From: Felis catus | Taxonomy: Eukaryota | Length of the DNA stretch: 64,000 nucleotides | Assembly (NCBI RefSeq): GCF_018350175.1 | Contig: NC_058368.1 | Location: forward strand, 208,942,001 to 209,006,000 | Direction of reading: 5' to 3' | Shown here: positions 39,501-52,056 of the stretch, piece by piece | Numbering within the stretch: the stretch's first letter is position 1 | Layout: every line of letters starts with the position of its first letter | The notes under the pieces: model-generated | Seen by the model: only the letters and a program-made list of their open reading frames with translations | Database searches by the model: none | What the model was told of the DNA's origin: nothing | Program-made: the position numbers and the translations under genes

Positions 39501-40589
39501 AAGTAGTTGACATCTAAAAGAGTTTATGCTACTATAGAACAACAAAAATCAGTTTGCAAAAACATGTTTCAGTAATGAGCGCCTACAGAAGAGAAGTGAG
39601 CCTGATGTTTACATGTAACTGGAACTAGGCAGTACAGGGCAGGGGAGTCTGGAAGAGAAATTCTAAGTATAAGAAAGTGTGCTCTGAATCAGAGAAATAA
39701 AAGAGGAAAGGCTAAAGGTCATGTTCTTCAGTGGTTTGTGGTGGTGTAGAACTAAGGAAAAATAGTTCAAAAGACCCACAGCAATTTTGTTGTAATGAAT
39801 AGAGTATTGGGAAACAAGTGAATTGTCAATTATGCTAACTCTGTGAAGCAGGCTATATTTAGGGTACAGCCTGTAAGCACTCTCTTATTCTACTGTCTTC
39901 TGGTTAATGAAAGGTAACTCTTGAGAGAATTTTAAGGATGCTACCCCTATACCTCATTTTATTCAAGTGAGCATTAACTTCTATACTTTCAAACTGCTAA
40001 TATTTCTAGCCTAAATCAATGACTGAAGAAAAGTTCCAATTCTTCAAGGGGGCAGACAGAACAGAAAGTACAAACTTGTTTCTTTAATTTTCTCCTTTAA
40101 ATGACTGGCAATTTTTCAATTCATATGGTATTTCAAATTTGGAAGGACAATTTAAAATTTACTGAAGTCAAGAATAAGTGCTGCTTTAAGATCAAAAGGT
40201 AAGCTAATACAGAGAGCAAGTATCTGTTCAGAGTTTAAACCCAAAGTGTGACCTACTTTTAAGACTTTATAGCCTAGAGGAGAAAGTCTTTAGATCTAAA
40301 TGTCAGCATGTTCTTTTAAAATTATTATTGTGATTATTTTTAACTCCATCATTCTCTCAATGAAAAAACCCACACAATACAGTCTATTTATCAAAGACTA
40401 GTGAATACCACATCAGAAAGGCTAAGGCACAGCTATTGAAGAATTATCATGGAACATTATATTACATGGAAATGTATCAACCCTGGCAGCTACTATCAGG
40501 AATGTTCACTCCATATTCTAAACAGCATTAACAATTAAAATAACACGTTTTTCAGTGCACGCTTTCAGATATATGGAATAGGAAGACAT

Positions 40590-40805
40590 TTTATTTTTTT
40601 TAACATTTTTTAAATTTATTTTTGAGACAGAGAGAGAGCATGAACAGGGGAGGGTCAGAGAAAGAGGGAGACACAGAATCTGAAACAGGCTCCAGGCTCT
40701 GAGCTGTCAGCACAGAGCCCGACGCGGGGCTCGAACCCACAGACCGTGAGATCATGACCTGAGCCGAAGTCAGACGCTTAACCAACTGAGCCACCCAGGC
40801 GCCCC
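40590..40805 (-). mobile_element. SINEC_Fc
   Basis: TSD tggaataggaagacatttt. Confidence 0.95.
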
Positions 40806-41009
40806 TGGAATAGGAAGACATTTTAAAAATTCTTTTCCCTGCTAAGTAAAGAGAACTCAATGAAATACTCATTTTTTTCAAGGGCATGCTATTACAATCA
40901 TGATAACTGTCTGTAAGCATTCTATAAGGAATAAAAATCAATTATAGATTTCAGAGAAGTAAAAGAACCAATGACACATGCAAATGTCCATGGGGACTCA
41001 AAGACAACC

Positions 41010-41250
41010 ATGATACAGTGACTGAAAGCAGTGCCTTTGAAGTCAGAAAGACCTGTGTCTCTTGGCTTTAATATTTCTAATTGTACACAACAGGCAAGTT
41101 ATTTGCTTCTTTAAGCCTTCGTTTTCTCATCTGTAAAACGAGAAAACAGCACCAATTCTAGTGAGTTGTGCTGAGAATTAAATGTAGTAATAAATATGAA
41201 GTGCTCACACACACTTTTGGTACCCAGAAAATGATCAACAAATAATGGCT
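41010..41250 (+). mobile_element. MIR
   Basis: 'ggcaagttatttgcttctttaagccttcgttttctcatctgtaaaacgag'. Confidence 0.75.
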
Positions 41251-43739
41251 ATTATATCAGGTATTATATAATAGGCAATTGGAAAGTAGATGAATATTGA
41301 GAAAGAGATGCAATATTATTAATTCTCAGAATATGCTAACCAGAAGTCAAGAGAATATTTGAAATCAAAGAAGCAAACCACGTCATCATCATGATCACCA
41401 TCAAAGAGTGTGGTAGAATCCAAGCCAAAGAGTCACTACCCTCAAGGAGCTTATAATCCAAAACAGATGACACAGGCATCAACTAAAATGTAAAAGGCCA
41501 GTGCTACTGACAAAGAACTATACGACAAACCCAGACCAGAAAAAGCTGAAGAGCTAGGAAAATGGAGGAATTAAGACTAACAACATTCATGAATAAATCA
41601 GGTCCATAGATGAGTGTTCCTGGATTCACAAATGAGGCAGGAAAAGTATTTAGAGAGTAATTTTTTAACTTCTTCCTGTCTCACTAGCACCCCCAATGAG
41701 CACTCTGGCTTTCCTTTAATAGGCTGCTAGCTGACTACAATAAAACTTTGAGGGAAGTTCTGATGAGCCTTCAGAGATGGATAATGATGTCCATATTCAC
41801 TGGGAAAGAATTGCAGTGATAATGATTAAAATCACTGAGTCTTAATCACATGATCAGAAAGTGTGAAATTGTAGGGAAATTTTTTTCAGGTTTTTTCCAT
41901 CATATTGGTATGATAATTCTTTAAGGAAAACTTACTCCAATAGGCAACTAGGGAAAGAATTTCAAAGGCTCAACACAATGATGCTGTTGTTCATTATTTA
42001 AATGAATAACTCTCTGGGGCTGTTTTTATGTTCTCCATTTCTTCTGAATGTTCTAACTTACTCATCTCTTGGGCAGCCAGTGAATAGTTTAATTTTGTTG
42101 ATCTGGCTTATAAAAATCCATTTAATTAAGTTAGATACATTTTTTTCTTTTAAGCACCATGTATATAAAATTTTCTAGAAATATTTAAAGATACTCTCAA
42201 AGTAACAAATTCGTTTCCTTCTAAAATTGGGATGGCAGTTATCACTTTCCCTTATAAGCAAAACAGCTGAACATTCAGATGTTGTATAGATTCCAAAAAC
42301 TGTCAAAAACAGAATTGATTCAGTAACCTTATCAATTCACAAAATCTGATCTTAGATCTTAGCATCAGTGTGAACTTCCTCTTGTAAGACACATACTACA
42401 GAGGTTCACAAAGAGAAAACTACTGCAGACAATACATTTAAGGACTTGACATACTAAAATCAATCAGAAAAAGAAACAAAAATAAACTTCTGAGCTGAAA
42501 TGAGAATCAAAATGACAGCAGTTAGCAATAGCTAATATAATACACACACAAGCTCATTTAGCCCTCCTAATAAGGGAGGGAGGGGAGTTGGCTGTTATTA
42601 TCTCCATTTTATAAGTAGAGAAACTGTTCAGATAATGAGTGGCAGAGCCTGGATTTGAATCTAGGCAAATCTCCAAAGACTACACTGTTAACCATTACAT
42701 TATAATAACTCTCAAACTCAACCTAATAGATCAATATAATACATATAAAAGCATATTAAGTCTTGAAGTGCTGAAATATACATGCCTCAGAACAACTCTT
42801 ACAATATAAACTCATTATAGTGTCCTAATAGACAAGATGAGAAAGATAGAGGCAGTTTACAGTTCCAGATAGCTCTATTAATCACAGGGAAAAGTTATTA
42901 AATCCATTAAAGTCATATGCTAAAGGGCTTTATCTGTATTTTGGCTAACATCTAAACATTAGTAGATCTGTACGTTACCAGAGTTCTCAACTGTACACAA
43001 AAATGAATGTACTGAAATAAGAGAAAAGGCATCCTACAATTGCTGGGGAGACTACAGAGCCAGGTTCAGAAGATGTGTGGGAACAAAACAGGTTTGGCAC
43101 AGCCAGGATGCCAGCCACATTCAGGACTCACAGCAAATCTAGAGGACTTGCCACTTTAGAATCTTGGATGTGACATCATCAGCATCATTGCTACCCCTGA
43201 AAATTACTGCCTCTACTCCTGCCCCCACACGGAATGAGTTCTCCCCTGTTACTAGGCTCCTGAATCAAAGCCCAGAGTGGGTGAATTTAATTTATTGGAG
43301 AAACACAAACAAGGCTGAGAAAGGCAGCATTTGGCATTTTTGGCTTTTGGCACTTTTGGTGTGGGAGCTGTGATCTACTTCCCACTAAAATGTGATCCAC
43401 AACGCATTCAATGGTATCAAGAGACCTGACTGCCCTCCAAAGGGCCACCCTCAAAAGGTAAGTCATTTATATGCACATACGCTTCTTGAACATATTCTTA
43501 TTTTAACTTTACGAATCCTCAGGGATGTCAAAGACCCAAAATTTACCTTTCCATTTATTAAATAGAACTTCCTGCTGTCCTAAAATTACCTCTTCCAAAA
43601 TTTTTAAATCTACTAACCTTGGCACTTTGAGACTTAGTATATGAGGAAAGGAAGAGCTGAATGAGTGGACCTGACCTTGCCATGTTGACACCAAGGCTGT
43701 TTCAAAATCATTTTTAAGATTAAAATACAAGTTTTAAAT

Positions 43740-44712
43740 TCATTATTTTAAAATAACTCTGATTTACAGAAAAATAACAAAAATATTACAAGGAGTTCCC
43801 ACATACCTTTTACCCAGCTTTCCTTAATGCTAACATCTAAAATAACCATGGTACAATTATTTAAAATGCAAGAAATTGGGGTGCCTGGGTGGCTTAGTTG
43901 GATAAGTGACTGACTTGGTTTCGGTTCAGGTCATGCTCTCACAGTTCATGAGTTCAAGCCCCACACTGGGCTCTGTGCTGACAGTGTAGAGCCTGCTTGG
44001 GATTCTCTCTTTCCTTCTCTCCCTTCCCCTCCCCAACTTGTTCTCTCTCTCTCTCTGTTAAAATAAACTTTACACAAAATTGTTTTCATAAAAAATAAAA
44101 AGCAAGAAATTAATCCTGACAGAATACCATGAACTCATCTACCCACCTTATTCCAATTTCACCGGCTTTCCCACTGTATCTTTTTTCTGGTCCAGACTGA
44201 ATCCAGGACCCCTCATTTCATTTAGCTGTCATGTCCCCTTAGTCTCCTCCAATCTATGACAGTTTATTTTGATTCTTGTGAAGAGTACTGAACAGTTACT
44301 TTGCAGACTATCTCTCAATCTGGATTTGTCTGATGTTTTCTCATTAGAATGAAGTTATAAATTTTTGGTGAGAACACAAAGCAGTGTACCTTCTCATGCT
44401 TCATACCAGGAGTTATACATGTCAATGTCTTATTACAGGTGATGTTATGTTTAATCACTTGGTTAAGGTGGTGTCTGTCAGATTTTTCCAGTATAAGTGG
44501 CTATTTTTCTCTTTGTGGTTGTGATATGTATCTTGCCAAAAAAGACTCTAAAACTATGTTAATACCCTTAAGACTGTGTAAAAACTTTTGCCTATTAATT
44601 TTGGCATCCATCAATGATTCCTGTTTGTAGTAATTATTACTGTGATGTTTTCCTCATACTGATCTATCATTCCTTCTGCATTTATTAATTGGAATTCTAT
44701 TGTAAGAAAGAG
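43740..44712 (-). mobile_element. Old L1MC/MD-like 3' end containing a CAN-SINE (43878-44100, +, TSD gcaagaaatt)
   Basis: 'gatttacagaaaaa...gagttcccacataccttttacccagc...atttagctgtcatgtccccttagtctcctccaatct'. Confidence 0.75.
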
Positions 44713-44727
44713 ATCTTATGTGTGTAT

Positions 44728-44730
<3 letters not shown>

Positions 44731-44778
<48 letters not shown>
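44731..44778. repeat. (TA)24 microsatellite
   Basis: Uninterrupted TA run. Confidence 0.95.
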
Positions 44779-44782
<4 letters not shown>

Positions 44783-45209
44783 TACATATATAACTAAGGG
44801 TTATAGTTCATAGACTTGCCCCAGATTTGGCCATTAGTAGCTCCTTCAGGTCCTTTTGAAATGCCTCCATCATTTTTTCAAATATATCTTAAGCAAATTA
44901 TCCCAACTTTATTAATATCATTGAGAAAATATATTTTAGAATGAGTGTCATTAGGCTAATTTAATTCATTTATCAATGTTCTTCAGAGCAGAAATAAAGT
45001 ATTTTACTGGATTTATTTTTACTGAAATTTTACTGAAATTATTCTCATTGAGATTATTTTTCCATTTAACTTCTATAACAAAAGATTTAATTTATTTAGT
45101 CTTTAAAACACACTTGATTTGATACACAGTTCTATCAAATCCAATGCTATGGAGTAAAATATTACAGATGTAGATTTTGTGATGAATTTTTACAACTGGG
45201 GATGGAGTT

Positions 45210-45418
45210 TTTAAGGTTTTTTTTTTAATGTTTATTTTTTAAAGAGAGAGAGCACGAGTGAAGGAGGGGCAGAGAGAGAGGGAGACACAGAATCAGAAGC
45301 AGGCTCCAGGCTCTGAGCTGTCAGCACAGAAACCGATGTGGGTCTCAAACTCACAAACTGCGAGATCATGACCTGAGCCGAAGTCAGACGTTTAACCGAC
45401 TGAGCCACCCAGGACCCG
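45210..45418 (-). mobile_element. SINEC_Fc
   Basis: TSD tacaactgg(g/a)gatggag. Confidence 0.93.
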
Positions 45419-45455
45419 TACAACTGGAGATGGAGCTTTCAAGGTCCTTAAGCCT

Positions 45456-45690
45456 AGGGGCGCCTGGGTGGCTCAGGCCGTTAAGCATCCAATCTTGATT
45501 TCAGCTCAGATCATGATCTCATAGCTCATGAGATTGAGCCCCGTGTCGTGCTCTGCACTGACAGCACAGAGCCTGCTTCGGATTCTCTCTCTCCCTCTCT
45601 CTCTGCCTCCCCCCTCACTAACACACACCCTCACTCGTGCACACACTCTCTCTCAAAATAAATAAGTAAACATTTAAAAATAAAATAAAA
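45456..45690 (+). mobile_element. CAN-SINE
   Basis: Full length, head-to-head with the previous SINE. Confidence 0.92.
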
Positions 45691-45844
45691 GTCCTCTAGC
45701 CTAACCTGTTCATTTTATAGATAAGGAGGCCAAGGCATTGGAGGGGTTGAGTGGTTTACTGTTTTGAAGCAAGACCCAGCACAGTAGTCTTCCTCTGCTC
45801 TACAACAGTGTGTTCTCTCCTGCCCCTATCAAAATTAGTGCACA

Positions 45845-46092
45845 GGGGCAGCAGGGGGACAGCGCCTGGGTGGCTCAGTCAGTTGAGCGTCCAACTTCGA
45901 CTCAGGTCATGATCTCACATCGTGACTTTGAGCCCCGTGTCGGGCTCTGGGCGGACAGTTCAGAGACTGGAGCCTGCTTCATATTCTGTGTCTTTCTCTC
46001 TCTCTGCCCCTCCCCCACTCATGCTCTGTTTTTCTCTCTCAAAAATTAATAAAATATTTAAAAAAATTTTTAATTAAAAAAATTAAAACATT
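45845..46092 (+). mobile_element. SINEC_Fc
   Basis: TSD ttagtgcacaggg. Confidence 0.9.
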
Positions 46093-46848
46093 TAGTGCAC
46101 AGGGACACTGAGAAAATTCATCTCTTGTAAGGCTCATTGGGCCATCTCTCTCAAGAATATATGCGTCCAGAAGGGATTTTGATCCAAAATTGAGTAAGAT
46201 AGGGAGGGAGTTGGGAAGGATCATAGTTAAACACAAGACAGATATCCTAAGCAAAGTGGTGGACAGGTACAGAAGGCATAGGGTCAAGGCATGGAAATTC
46301 AGCAGAAACAAGGAAATTAGGCTGGGAGATCATGGAGGAAAGAATCTGATCTCAGTGAGGTTTCGGAAATAGAAGTCCACTCCTAAGCCAAAAAGGTTGG
46401 GCACTTTTCAGTCAAAATCAGACAAGACAGTAATGGCCATGGATACAAGCCCCAAGAATTAGTAAATTAATTCATTCATTTATTCCACTAAGCTGGATAT
46501 GTAACTGAGGATTCTGTCACTTAACAAGTCTCAAACTCAACTCCTTATAGCACTCTCTTCTGCAGACAAATCTCCCTGCCTTGATGGGTGGTCTGGGCCC
46601 TAGCTACTCACCCTGGTCAGTAACTCATCCTTCATTCCTCATATGCAAATATTTACCAATTTTATGTGTCTGTCCTACATCCTAAATATCTCTCTAATCC
46701 ACTTCTCTGAATTGATCTCCATTCTCACCTCTCACAGGGCCTGGACTCACCTGGCACTTCTTAACTGACCTCCCTGCCTCCTGGTTTAATTTCCTCTGAT
46801 TTATCTACCACATAGACAACAAAGTTATTCTTCAAAAACAAGTCTTAT

Positions 46849-47068
46849 GGGGCGCCTGCGTGGCTCAGTTGGTTGAGCGTCCGACTTCGGCTTAGGTCAT
46901 GATACCACAGTTAATGAGTTTGAGTCCCCAAGACGCATGTCGGGCTCTGTGCTGACAGCTCAGAGCCTGGAGCCTGCTTCTGATTCTGTGTGTGGGTCTC
47001 TCTCTGCCCCTCCCCTGCTCATGCTCTCCCTCTCTCTCAAAAATAAATAACATTAAAAAAAAAAAAAT
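46849..47068 (+). mobile_element. SINEC_Fc
   Basis: Head, (CT)n, A-tail. Confidence 0.92.
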
Positions 47069-47221
47069 CTGATCATGCATCTCTCTTGCATACAAGCATT
47101 TACTAAAAGGGAAAAAAAAATAGGCCTCCCTTTCAACCTCACTCCATCCCAACACCACCAGGAGGGGCATGGCAAATCACTGTTTGGGGTAAGGACAGAA
47201 TTTGTTTGAAAAAGTATATTT

Positions 47222-48075
47222 GGGACAGCTGGGTGACTCAGTTTAGCGATTGACTCTTAATTTCGGCTCAGGTCATGATCTCACAGTCATGAGATGTAGT
47301 CCCCCCATCAGGCTCCAGGCTAAGCACAGAACCTGCTTAAGATTCTCTCTCCCTCCCTCTTGCACTGTTGGTGGGAATGCAAATTGGTGTAGCCGCTCTG
47401 GAAAGCAGTGTGGAGGTTCCTCAGAAAATTAAAAATAGACCTACCCTATGACCCAGCAATAGCACTGCTAGGAATTTACCCAAGGGATACAGGAGTACTG
47501 ATGCATAGGGGCACTTGTACCCCAATGTTCATAGCACTCTCAACAATAGTCAAATTGTGGAAAGAGCCTAAATGTCCATCAACTGATGAATGGATAAAGA
47601 AATCGTGGTTTATATACACAATGGAATACTACGTGGCAATGAGAAAGAATAAAATATGGCCTTTTGTAGCAACGTGGATGGAACTGGAGAGTGTGATGCT
47701 AAGTGAAATAAGGCATACAGAGAAAGACAGATACCATATGGTTTCACTCTTATGTGGATCCTGAGAAACTTAACAGAAACCCATGGGGGAGGGGAAGGAA
47801 AAAAAAAAAAGAGGTTAGAGAGGGAGAGAGCCAAAGCATAAGAGACTCTTAAAAACTGAGAACAAACTGAGGGTTGATGGGGGGTGGGAGGGAGGGGAGG
47901 GTGGGTGATGGGTATTGAGGAGGGCACCTTTTGGGATGAGCACTGGGTATTGTATGGAAACCAATTTGACAATAAATTTCATATACTGAAAAAAAAAAAA
48001 GATTCTCTCTCCCTTTCCTACTGCCCCTCCCCTGCTCACGCTCTTGCTCCCTCTCTCTCCAAATTAAAGACAAAA
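47222..48075 (+). mobile_element. Older CAN-SINE split by an L1 insertion
   Basis: SINE head at 47222-47354 and SINE tail after 48014. Confidence 0.85.
47355..47998 (+). mobile_element. Young 5'-truncated felid L1 (ORF2 C-terminus and 3'UTR)
   Basis: [24 protein letters not shown]...YHMVSLLCGS; poly-A; perfect 16-bp TSD aagattctctctccct at 47339-47354 and 47999-48014. Confidence 0.95.
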
Positions 48076-48177
48076 AGAAAAAGGCATATTCAATGTACCC
48101 ACTGTTTCTGTAAATGAGTACAGAAATTGAAGCCTAACAAAGTCTTCTTAGCTAACTAAAACAGAATATGTATTGGG

Positions 48178-48495
48178 TTTTTTTTAAACATTTATTTATT
48201 TTTGAGACAGAGAGAGACAGAGCATGAACGGGGGAAGGTCAGAGAGAGAGGGAGACACAGAATCTGAAACAGGCTCCAGGCTCTGAGCGGTCAGCACAGA
48301 GCCCGACGCGGGGCTCGAACTCACGGACCGTGAGATCATGACCTGAGCTGAAGTCGGCCGCTTAACCGACTGAGCCATCCAGGTGCCCTGTATTGGTTTT
48401 GTTTTTTTTTTCAACGTTTATTTATTTTTTGGGACAGAGAGAGACAGAGCATGAACGGGGCAGGGGTAGAGAGAGAGGGAGACACAGAATCGGAA
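48178..48495 (-). mobile_element. Full SINEC_Fc (48178-48388) plus 5'-truncated SINEC_Fc (48400-48495)
   Basis: Three copies of the target sequence tgtattgg(g)ttt. Confidence 0.9.
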
Positions 48496-50477
48496 TGTAT
48501 TGGTTTTTAATATCTTGAAAAATAGTCTCCTGTAAGATAAAATAGAAGTTCTTGGTCCAAGTCTTTCTTTTTCAGTGCGAAAGCCCCATACAAACAAGCA
48601 ATCAGTACCAAGTTCAAACACACTCACACAGACACAACTATATCAGTTTCAGGTTTATACAGGAGGGTCACTTTCTAAGAATGTGGATTTAGGGTCACGA
48701 TATAGAATTTTTTTTTATTTTGGCTTATCATATCTATAAAAACTACTTTTAATTTATCTATATGAAAAATAGTAACTATCATGCACTTTGCTGTAACTTC
48801 TAACTAGTATTTCATTGTCTAAAATATTTGTCCCTCCTTGAGATACACATTTTACGTGTGGGAAAACATTCAAGCCCCATGCAAGTATCTTTAGCATCTC
48901 CATATGTTTTAACTCATAGCATTTGGAAAGTCTGCTCTGCTACTAAATGCTTTATAGGCAAATCTTCCTAGGTTTAAAAATAAAATGGCAAAATGTCATC
49001 TGGCTACTAGATCTAGTCAATGACAAAGAATTCCATCTAAGTTATGGCCATTTAAACTTAGCAAAATGTTCTAATTTTATGCCACTTCTATAATCTTAAT
49101 TCACTATCTCAGTAATAAAATACAGAAGGCATAAATATAGTACCGAGTGAATTATTTCCTTTAATGTATGTGGACTCCACACATTATTTTTACTAAGGGA
49201 AACAGATATAAAGAAGTACTTCTAATGCAGTCAGTTTAGAGGATAGCATTTGGAAATACAGCTATGAGGAAAGACTCTGGTACTCACTCCTCGCCTCCTT
49301 ACTAGAGTCTAAACTGAGTTCTTTTCCTCTTTCAACTATTCCATTTTGAACCCCATTAACTGTGATAGAAGAGCCCAGGAATTCCCTTCATCCCCCCTAC
49401 TCCTTCATTCTCTCCTGGATCCACTTCCCACTCACCCAGACCTGCTGGCCCTTTCTAGGCAGACAGAAGTCGGATCTTTTCTTATGTGAACCAATCCTCA
49501 ATCAGGCAATTTTACCCTTGATAGCATGCATTTCCTGGCTTTTGAACAACATATAGAGGAGAAAAGAGGCCCCTTCAGTTGGTGTAGATGAAGAGGTTCC
49601 CATTCTCAGAGACCCAAGAGATTGTGGTCAGAAGTATAGACTCTGGAGCCAGACTGCCTGGAGTCAAAGACCTTAGATAAATTACTCAGTCTCAGTTAAC
49701 TCTTCCTTAAAATGGAGATACCAATATTAACCTCAGAAGCTGCAGAACAAGCAAATAGATTGAAAGGATTTAGAAAAATTCCTGGTTACACAGTAGGTGA
49801 ACAATGTTAGTTCCTATTCTAATAATAATAGTTATTACTATTATTACTATCACTACCATCACCACAATTACTAGTATTGAAGTAGGTAGCAGTGAAAAGG
49901 AGGTGAATTCTCTGGTAAAATTCTATAGGTCATACCAGAACCAAGCTAATTGATTTCTTTGGGCAAATAGTCTTGATGTAATCTTGTAACATGTTAACAA
50001 GACTATGAATATGAGTGACTAAACAAAAGAATACACGCTTCTTGACCTTCAACTAAGGACCAGGTACTGTGCTTTGTACTTTCACAAAGGTTATCTCAGG
50101 GATCCATGTAAACAGATGAAGAAGAAGTTTATTAGTCAGATGAGTAAACTGAAGTTTGGGAGACAAAGTACTTTCTCTATCCTACCAGACCCACCTGTGG
50201 AGAGCTTAAAGAAGAGCACAGAAAGATAAGTTCTTTTGGGTTAATCTAGAATATTCCCAAAAATAGCTAATAGTAACACTGTTTTTATGAAAAAGTATAC
50301 AAGCTCCAAACAATTGAAAGCAGTAAACCTTTAGAACACACTCAATCCACTTGTCTACTATTATCAATTTTATTTTCTAAGTGTAAATTGTGCATAGATT
50401 TTTACAACAAAGATTTATATCATTTCAGAGTAGTATCTGTGTCATTTCTGTCTCTTTTCTTTAAAACTCCCAAAGCT

Positions 50478-50703
50478 GGGGCGCCTGGGTGGCTCAGTCG
50501 GTTGAGCGTCCGACTTCAGCTCAGGTCATGATCTCGCGGTTTGTGGGTTCGAGCCCCACGTCAGACTCTGTGCTGGCGGCTCAGGGCCTGGAGCCTGCTT
50601 TGGATTCTGTGTCTCCCCCTCTCTCTGCCCCTCCCCCACTCACACTCTGTCTCTCTCTCCTTCAAAAGTAAATAAACATTAAATTTAAAAAAAAATTTTT
50701 TTT
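50478..50703 (+). mobile_element. SINEC_Fc
   Basis: TSD aactcccaaagc. Confidence 0.93.
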
Positions 50704-50744
50704 AACTCCCAAAGCATCTAATTCACTGTTCGGTAAATACTTGA

Positions 50745-50970
50745 TTTGATTTGATTTGATTTGATTTGATTTTTTTAACATTTTTGAGACAGAGAGAGAC
50801 AGAGCATGAACGGGGGAGGGTCAGAGAGAGGGAGACACAGAGAATCTGAAACAGGCTCCAGGCTCTGAGCTGTCAGCACAGAGCCCGACACGGGGCTCGA
50901 ATTCATGGACCACGAAATCATGACCTGAGCCGAAGTCAGCCGCTTAACCGACTGAGCCACCCAGGTGCCC
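50745..50970 (-). mobile_element. SINEC_Fc with (TTGAT)n at its tail
   Basis: TSD atacttgattt. Confidence 0.93.
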
Positions 50971-51239
50971 CATATACTTGATTTTATATGAGCAAGGATA
51001 ATGATGAAGACTGCAACACCATACTTGGTAGAACATATTCTGAATTCCAGGGTTTCACAGTTACAGAAAATTCTGGGAGTAATAAAGAATCCCTTTAAAA
51101 ATAGAGTGAATGAGAGAACTGCAGTAAGGGGTGGACAAATTCAGCTATAGTGAGACAAATTTTACATGGTACAAGGGAATAGCATTAAATAGAAGTGAAT
51201 CTCATAGTGAGAAAATTATGTTTTTAAAATTCTCCTTCA

Positions 51240-51461
51240 GGGGTGCCTGGGTGGCTCAGCCAGTTAAGCGTCCAACTTTTGATTTCAACTCAGGTCATGA
51301 TCTCACGGGTTTGTAGGATGCAGCCCTGTGTCAGGCTCCACGCTAACAGAGGGGAGCCTGCTTGGGATTCTCTCTTTCCCTCTCTTTCTCTGCCCCTTCC
51401 CTGCTTGTACTCGTCCTCTCTCTCTCTCTCTCAAAATAAATAAACTTAAAAAAAAAAAAAA
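51240..51461 (+). mobile_element. CAN-SINE
   Basis: Head, (CT)n, A-tail. Confidence 0.9.
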
Positions 51462-51766
51462 CTCTCCCTCAATTCCCAGCAAAAAGTCTTGATTTAGCAC
51501 TAATTTGTCTTTATACCTCCATAACACTAATTATCTCTTTAATACAGAAAAAAATTCAGACATAGAGCCTTGGCTGATAATTGTATCTAGCTAGGATTTA
51601 TGATTGTTCTATTTTTAATGCAATTCTAATAACTGCTATGTTCTATTAACAGCAACACTGGCTTTTTATTTATGGTGGTATTATAATATTTCCTTTAGGA
51701 AACAGGGAATGGGGAGGGATTACTTAATGAACACTGGGTGTTTTTATAGCATGATGAAAAAAGTAC

Positions 51767-51973
51767 TTTTTAAATGTTTTTATCTGTTTTTGAGAGAGAA
51801 AGACAGCACAAGCAGGGGAGCGGCAGAGAGAGAAGGAGACACAGAATCTGAAGCAGGCTCCAGGCTCTGAGCTGTCAGCACAGAGCCCGATGCGGGGCTC
51901 AAACCCTCAAACTGCAAGATCATGATCTGAGCTGAAGTCAGATGCGGAACTGACTGAGCCACCCGTGTGCCCC
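51767..51973 (-). mobile_element. SINEC_Fc
   Basis: Reverse full-length copy. Confidence 0.9.
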
Positions 51974-52056
51974 TAAATGATACATTTTTAAATGAAAAAT
52001 AAAATGGTTAAGTGGATGCTATGTGCATTTTACCTCAATTTAAAAATAGAGTAAAT

